Shown here: in pieces, positions 1-2,028 of the stretch
Position numbering within the stretch: the stretch's first letter is position 1
Layout of the letters: each line of letters opens with the position of its first letter
NCBI RefSeq assembly: GCF_058153355.1
Contig: NZ_JBLWLY010000003.1
DNA length: 2,028 nt
Direction: 5' to 3' (one strand)
Source of the DNA: a plasmid
The notes under the pieces: model-generated
Database searches by the model: none
Told to the model about the DNA's origin: nothing
What the model saw: the letters and a program-made list of their open reading frames with translations, nothing else
Translations under genes and position numbers: made by a program

Positions 1-441
1 ATGAGCAAGGACACCCAGAGAATCACCCAGATTAACGATCAAGGTGAGATTGTTGGCGGCTTCGTCGCGGTAATCAGACCCAAGCAAAAATCGTCATTTC
101 AGAGGCATTTCACTATGAACCAAGACGCATTAAAGATCCTCGCTAAGGAGCTAACGGGCGAGCAATTTAAAGTTCTAATGCTCATGCTCGCTGATCTGGA
201 TTACGAGAATTTCATCCAAATTGCACAGGCTGATATAGCGGATGCATTGGAGATGCAAAAGACCCACGTAAGCCGCGCTGTTCGTGCTCTTCTTGATGTA
301 GGCGTGATCTTTGAAGGTCCGAAAGTAGGTAGATCCAAAACCTATCGGTTGAACGAGCAATTCGGCTGGAAAGGAACAGTAAGCAATCACAAAAAAGCCC
401 TTAAAAACGGCCTCAGCGTTATACAGGGCGGCAGAACCTGA
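1..441 (+). CDS. Putative plasmid replication initiator, winged-helix HTH, RepL-like (function tentative)
   Basis: Intact 146-codon ORF beginning with ATG at position 1 and ending with TGA at 439-441. The central segment (LTGEQFKVLMLMLADLDYENFIQIAQADIADALEMQKTHVSRAVRALLDVGVI) has the pattern of a MarR/winged-helix recognition unit. Overall length and layout resemble small RepL-family replication proteins (assignment from memory of the family, not from a search). It is paired with a relaxase gene as in small plasmids. An alternative internal start exists at ATG 115-117, preceded by AGAGG at 101-105. Confidence 0.6.
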   Translation: MSKDTQRITQINDQGEIVGGFVAVIRPKQKSSFQRHFTMNQDALKILAKELTGEQFKVLMLMLADLDYENFIQIAQADIADALEMQKTHVSRAVRALLDVGVIFEGPKVGRSKTYRLNEQFGWKGTVSNHKKALKNGLSVIQGGRT

Positions 442-451
442 TCTCTGGAAT

Positions 452-476
452 GCCGCAAATGACGTCACTTTGCGGC
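452..476. terminator. Intergenic hairpin between the convergent rep-like and mob genes; candidate bidirectional terminator or protein-binding palindrome
   Basis: GCCGCAAA (452-459) and TTTGCGGC (469-476) are perfect reverse complements, flanking a 9-nt loop that contains the palindrome TGACGTCA (460-467). It sits in the 63-bp gap between the two stop codons. There is no clear U-tract on either side, so an intrinsic-terminator call is tentative. Confidence 0.4.
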
Positions 477-504
477 GTTAGCCCTATCCTGCATCGCATC
501 AAAA

Positions 505-1473
505 CTAACGCTCCATACCACCCATGCCACGCGATCGCGTCTGTCGCTGTTTTTCACGTTCAATACGCTGCTGTTTTTCCTTTTCCTGGTTTTGCTGCTT
601 AAACCGCTGAGCCATCATCAGGATTTCGGTCATCTGCTCTCTGGAAAGCCCCTTAAAAGGCTCTGTAACGCTCTGTAGGCGTTTCTGCTGCGCATCCATA
701 GTCTTCTGTAGCTCACGCGCTCTTTTTGCGTTCTGGGCGCTCTGAGAGGCCATAGCGATGGTTCCTGCAAAGCCATCGTTCACTGCGTGGCTTAGACGTT
801 TGGCTATGGCTGCCTGATCTTCCACGTCTTTGGTGAAAATGCCCTTCCGCAATACACGCGGCTCCAGCGCCTCCGGCGAGATCGATACCTGGCTACGGGT
901 GCCACGGTTTATCGATTCGTAGTAGTGCTGAACTGTCTGATGCGTGGCGCGGCTTCCCTCGATGCCGCGCTCAAGACCCAGTTTTTTTACTGATTCAGCG
1001 TAGGTGCTCTGATCTTCACGCATCTTTGACCGCCCGCCAATAAACTCTTTCGCGGACAGCCGTCCATCCTGCGTCAATGGCACCACGAACGCAGACAGGT
1101 GCGGGGTGGCCTCGTCCCGGTGAACCACCGCCGCCACAACACGATCCTTCCCGTATTTCTTCTCCAGCCATTGCTCAGAGCGGGCGAAAAACTCCGCCTG
1201 CTGCCGTGGTGTGGCCTCTTTCCACCACTCAGGGCTTGCTGTCATAACGTATTCAACGGCCAGTACCGCATCTTTACGGCGTTTTTCCGGCAGCAGCTCC
1301 CGCACACGCCCCATTGCCTGATCCGTTGATTTGGACACAGAGCAGTAGTTTTCTGGTGTCCGTTCAGCGTTAGCGTTCGGCGTCTCACGCTCTCGGTAGC
1401 AGTGCTGCAACGCGCTGGCCACGCTTCCCATTCCCGTCAGCTTTTTGCAGCGCATTATCGCGTAGTTCGCCAT
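505..1473 (-). CDS. Plasmid mobilization relaxase, Mob_Pre / MobV family
   Basis: Minus-strand ORF with stop TAG (complement of 505-507). The N-terminus MANYAIMRCKKLTGMGSVASALQHCYRERETPNANAERTPENY matches the Mob_Pre N-terminal signature (YA-x-R-x-KK ... H-x-x-RE ... N-x-N). An internal HRDEATPH segment resembles the metal-binding H-x-DE-x-x-PH motif of this family. The C-terminal ~70 residues are Q/K/E/R-rich and coiled-coil-like, as in MobM-type relaxases. I chose the start at ATG 1471-1473 because a six-G run (complement of 1477-1482) lies 3 nt upstream as a Shine-Dalgarno; the ORF track's longer start at 1492-1494 has no visible RBS. Confidence 0.85.
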   Translation of the reverse strand: MANYAIMRCKKLTGMGSVASALQHCYRERETPNANAERTPENYCSVSKSTDQAMGRVRELLPEKRRKDAVLAVEYVMTASPEWWKEATPRQQAEFFARSEQWLEKKYGKDRVVAAVVHRDEATPHLSAFVVPLTQDGRLSAKEFIGGRSKMREDQSTYAESVKKLGLERGIEGSRATHQTVQHYYESINRGTRSQVSISPEALEPRVLRKGIFTKDVEDQAAIAKRLSHAVNDGFAGTIAMASQSAQNAKRARELQKTMDAQQKRLQSVTEPFKGLSREQMTEILMMAQRFKQQNQEKEKQQRIEREKQRQTRSRGMGGMER

Positions 1474-1476
1474 GTT

Positions 1477-1482
1477 CCCCCC
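1477..1482 (-). promoter_or_regulatory. Ribosome-binding site for the relaxase gene
   Basis: Minus-strand sequence reads CAGGGGGGAAC-ATG; the G-run ends 3 nt before the ATG at 1473. Confidence 0.5.
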
Positions 1483-1539
1483 TGATTCCGGCATTCATTC
1501 AGCCAGGCGGGGGAGCGCATTGCGATACCTCCGGCGGGC

Positions 1540-1567
1540 CACTATCAAGATGATAGTGTACTCACTA
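1540..1567. other. Candidate oriT / relaxase operator: nested overlapping inverted repeats upstream of mob
   Basis: CACTATCA (1540-1547), AGA spacer, TGATAGTG (1551-1558) form a perfect 8-bp-arm inverted repeat. TAGTG (1554-1558) also pairs with CACTA (1563-1567) across loop TACT, giving mutually exclusive alternative hairpins. MobV-family oriTs (for example pMV158) are known to lie just upstream of the mob gene and to consist of overlapping inverted repeats with the nick site in a GTG-containing loop; here the segment sits ~70 bp upstream of the mob start. On the minus strand TTGATA (complement of 1544-1549) could serve as a -35 for the mob promoter. Confidence 0.45.
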
Positions 1568-1591
1568 GACTTTGCTTCGCAAAATCGTTCG

Positions 1592-1605
1592 GGCAGCAAG
1601 CTGCC
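1592..1605. repeat. Short inverted repeat GGCAGC-AA-GCTGCC
   Basis: 6-bp arms at 1592-1597 and 1600-1605 are perfect reverse complements. Function unknown; may be an accessory part of the oriT region. Confidence 0.3.
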
Positions 1606-1693
1606 AGAAGGTCAAAATCAACGGCGGTCTGGCAGGTGGAAGGCGTCGCTCCGCGCCACCCCCACCACTGCCAAGCCTGTTTTATCCGGAGTG

Positions 1694-1735
1694 TCGTCAA
1701 GGGTAAATGGCACTCGCTTCGCTCGCCCTTGACGA
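1694..1735. repeat. 10-bp-arm inverted repeat with 22-nt GAGCG-rich loop; candidate origin or single-strand initiation structure
   Basis: TCGTCAAGGG (1694-1703) and CCCTTGACGA (1726-1735) are perfect reverse complements. The loop carries CTCGCTTCGCTCGC, which is GCGAGCGAAGCGAG on the other strand. No T-tract follows on either strand, so it is not a canonical terminator. Confidence 0.5.
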
Positions 1736-1803
1736 AATCAGGCAATGAATATCGCTTTTGAAAGAGCAGGAACCGCTCGCCGCAGACTCATGACCGAACG
1801 TAG

Positions 1804-1826
1804 TGAGCGAATGAGCGAGGAAGCGG
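1804..1826 (+). repeat. Short tandem direct repeats TGAGCGA / TGAGCGA / GAAGCGGA (iteron-like)
   Basis: TGAGCGA occurs at 1804-1810 and 1812-1818, followed by the degenerate GAAGCGGA at 1819-1826. The same GAGCG core recurs in the opposite orientation at 1719-1724 (inside the hairpin loop) and at 1775-1779, and in direct orientation at 1926-1930. Confidence 0.3.
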
Positions 1827-1832
1827 AATTTC

Positions 1833-1868
1833 CACTCCCCGTACATAGAAATCCGTACACTCCGTAGC
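1833..1868 (+). repeat. Direct repeats CACTCC(CC)GTACA / CACTCCGTAGC
   Basis: CACTCC at 1833-1838 and 1858-1863; CCGTACA at 1839-1845 and 1853-1859; CCGTAGC at 1862-1868. These are three closely spaced copies of a CCGTA core. Confidence 0.3.
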
Positions 1869-1962
1869 TAAAAAACGTTGGTATTCAGAGCTAAACCGCG
1901 CGCACGCGTTATAAGATACAGAAGGAGCGATAAAAAAACGTATGTATGGCGAGGGGTTACAT

Positions 1963-1968
1963 TTGACA
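1963..1968 (+). promoter_or_regulatory. Consensus -35 hexamer TTGACA abutting the tandem operators
   Basis: Exact TTGACA at 1963-1968. AATAAT (-10-like) hexamers lie in the centre of each downstream palindrome (1977-1982 and 1998-2003), but spacing to a canonical -10 is not ideal, so the promoter geometry is uncertain. Confidence 0.3.
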
Positions 1969-1970
1969 TA

Positions 1971-2009
1971 GTTACCAATAATGGTAACACTGTTACCAAT
2001 AATGGTAAC
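1971..2009. promoter_or_regulatory. Two identical 18-bp palindromic operator-like sites (GTTACCA-ATAA-TGGTAAC), centre-to-centre 21 bp
   Basis: Copy 1 is 1971-1988 and copy 2 is 1992-2009, identical at 18 of 18 positions. Each has 7-bp arms (GTTACCA and TGGTAAC) around ATAA. A 21-bp offset is two helical turns, the typical arrangement for cooperative binding of a dimeric HTH protein on one DNA face. Confidence 0.55.
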
Positions 2010-2028
2010 TCAAGATAGGTTATTTTCG

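Noticed and set aside
175-468. 97-aa ORF on the minus strand antisense to the rep-like gene
   Set aside because: It lies almost entirely inside the better-supported plus-strand CDS, has no RBS, and its hydrophobic, Cys/Phe-rich sequence has no recognisable motif. It is most likely a shadow ORF.
1099-1329. 76-aa ORF on the plus strand inside the relaxase gene
   Set aside because: It is antisense and internal to the relaxase CDS and has a Pro/Leu/Arg-rich composition typical of shadow frames on GC-rich coding DNA.
1631-1672. GC-rich imperfect inverted repeat GGCAGGTGG ... CCACCACTGCC
   Set aside because: Pairing needs a bulge and mismatches; it may simply reflect local GC richness.
1682-1690. 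DnaA-box-like TTATCCGGA
   Set aside because: It matches the TTATCCACA consensus at only 7 of 9 positions, is a single copy, and has no adjacent AT-rich unwinding element of convincing length.
1472-1732. 86-aa ORF on the plus strand across the mob upstream region
   Set aside because: It overlaps the mob start and the structured inverted-repeat region, has an Arg/Ser-rich low-complexity sequence, and has no RBS before its ATG.
1694-1735. Inverted repeat as a rho-independent terminator
   Set aside because: The 22-nt loop is large for a terminator and neither strand has a following T/U-tract; an origin or single-strand-initiation role fits better.
1545-1745. 66-aa ORF on the minus strand in the non-coding region
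   Set aside because: Trp/Cys-rich low-complexity translation spanning inverted repeats; no RBS; more plausibly cis-acting DNA.
1-2028. CRISPR array, tRNA/rRNA genes, IS elements or transposon ends
   Set aside because: There are no regularly spaced repeats with unique spacers, no cloverleaf-compatible tRNA-like segments, and no terminal inverted repeats flanking a transposase-like ORF.

Overview
This 2,028-bp window looks like the backbone of a small mobilizable plasmid, possibly a complete circular replicon. It holds two convergent genes: a 146-aa winged-helix protein at 1..441 (+) that resembles RepL-type plasmid replication initiators, and a ~322-aa Mob_Pre/MobV-family relaxase at 505..1473 (-). 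Between their 3' ends (442..504) sits a strong palindromic hairpin. The remaining ~530 bp (1495..2028) has no credible ORF but is dense with cis elements: nested inverted repeats just upstream of the relaxase gene (candidate oriT), a 10-bp-arm inverted repeat with a GAGCG-rich loop, short GAGCGA and CCGTA/CACTCC direct repeats, and two identical 18-bp palindromes 21 bp apart next to a TTGACA hexamer at the 3' edge. I see no rRNA, tRNA, CRISPR array, IS element or multi-gene novel system. The most interesting material is the regulatory DNA and the possibility that the window ends join to form a promoter-operator-RBS-rep unit. All functional assignments come from reading motifs by eye; no database search was possible.
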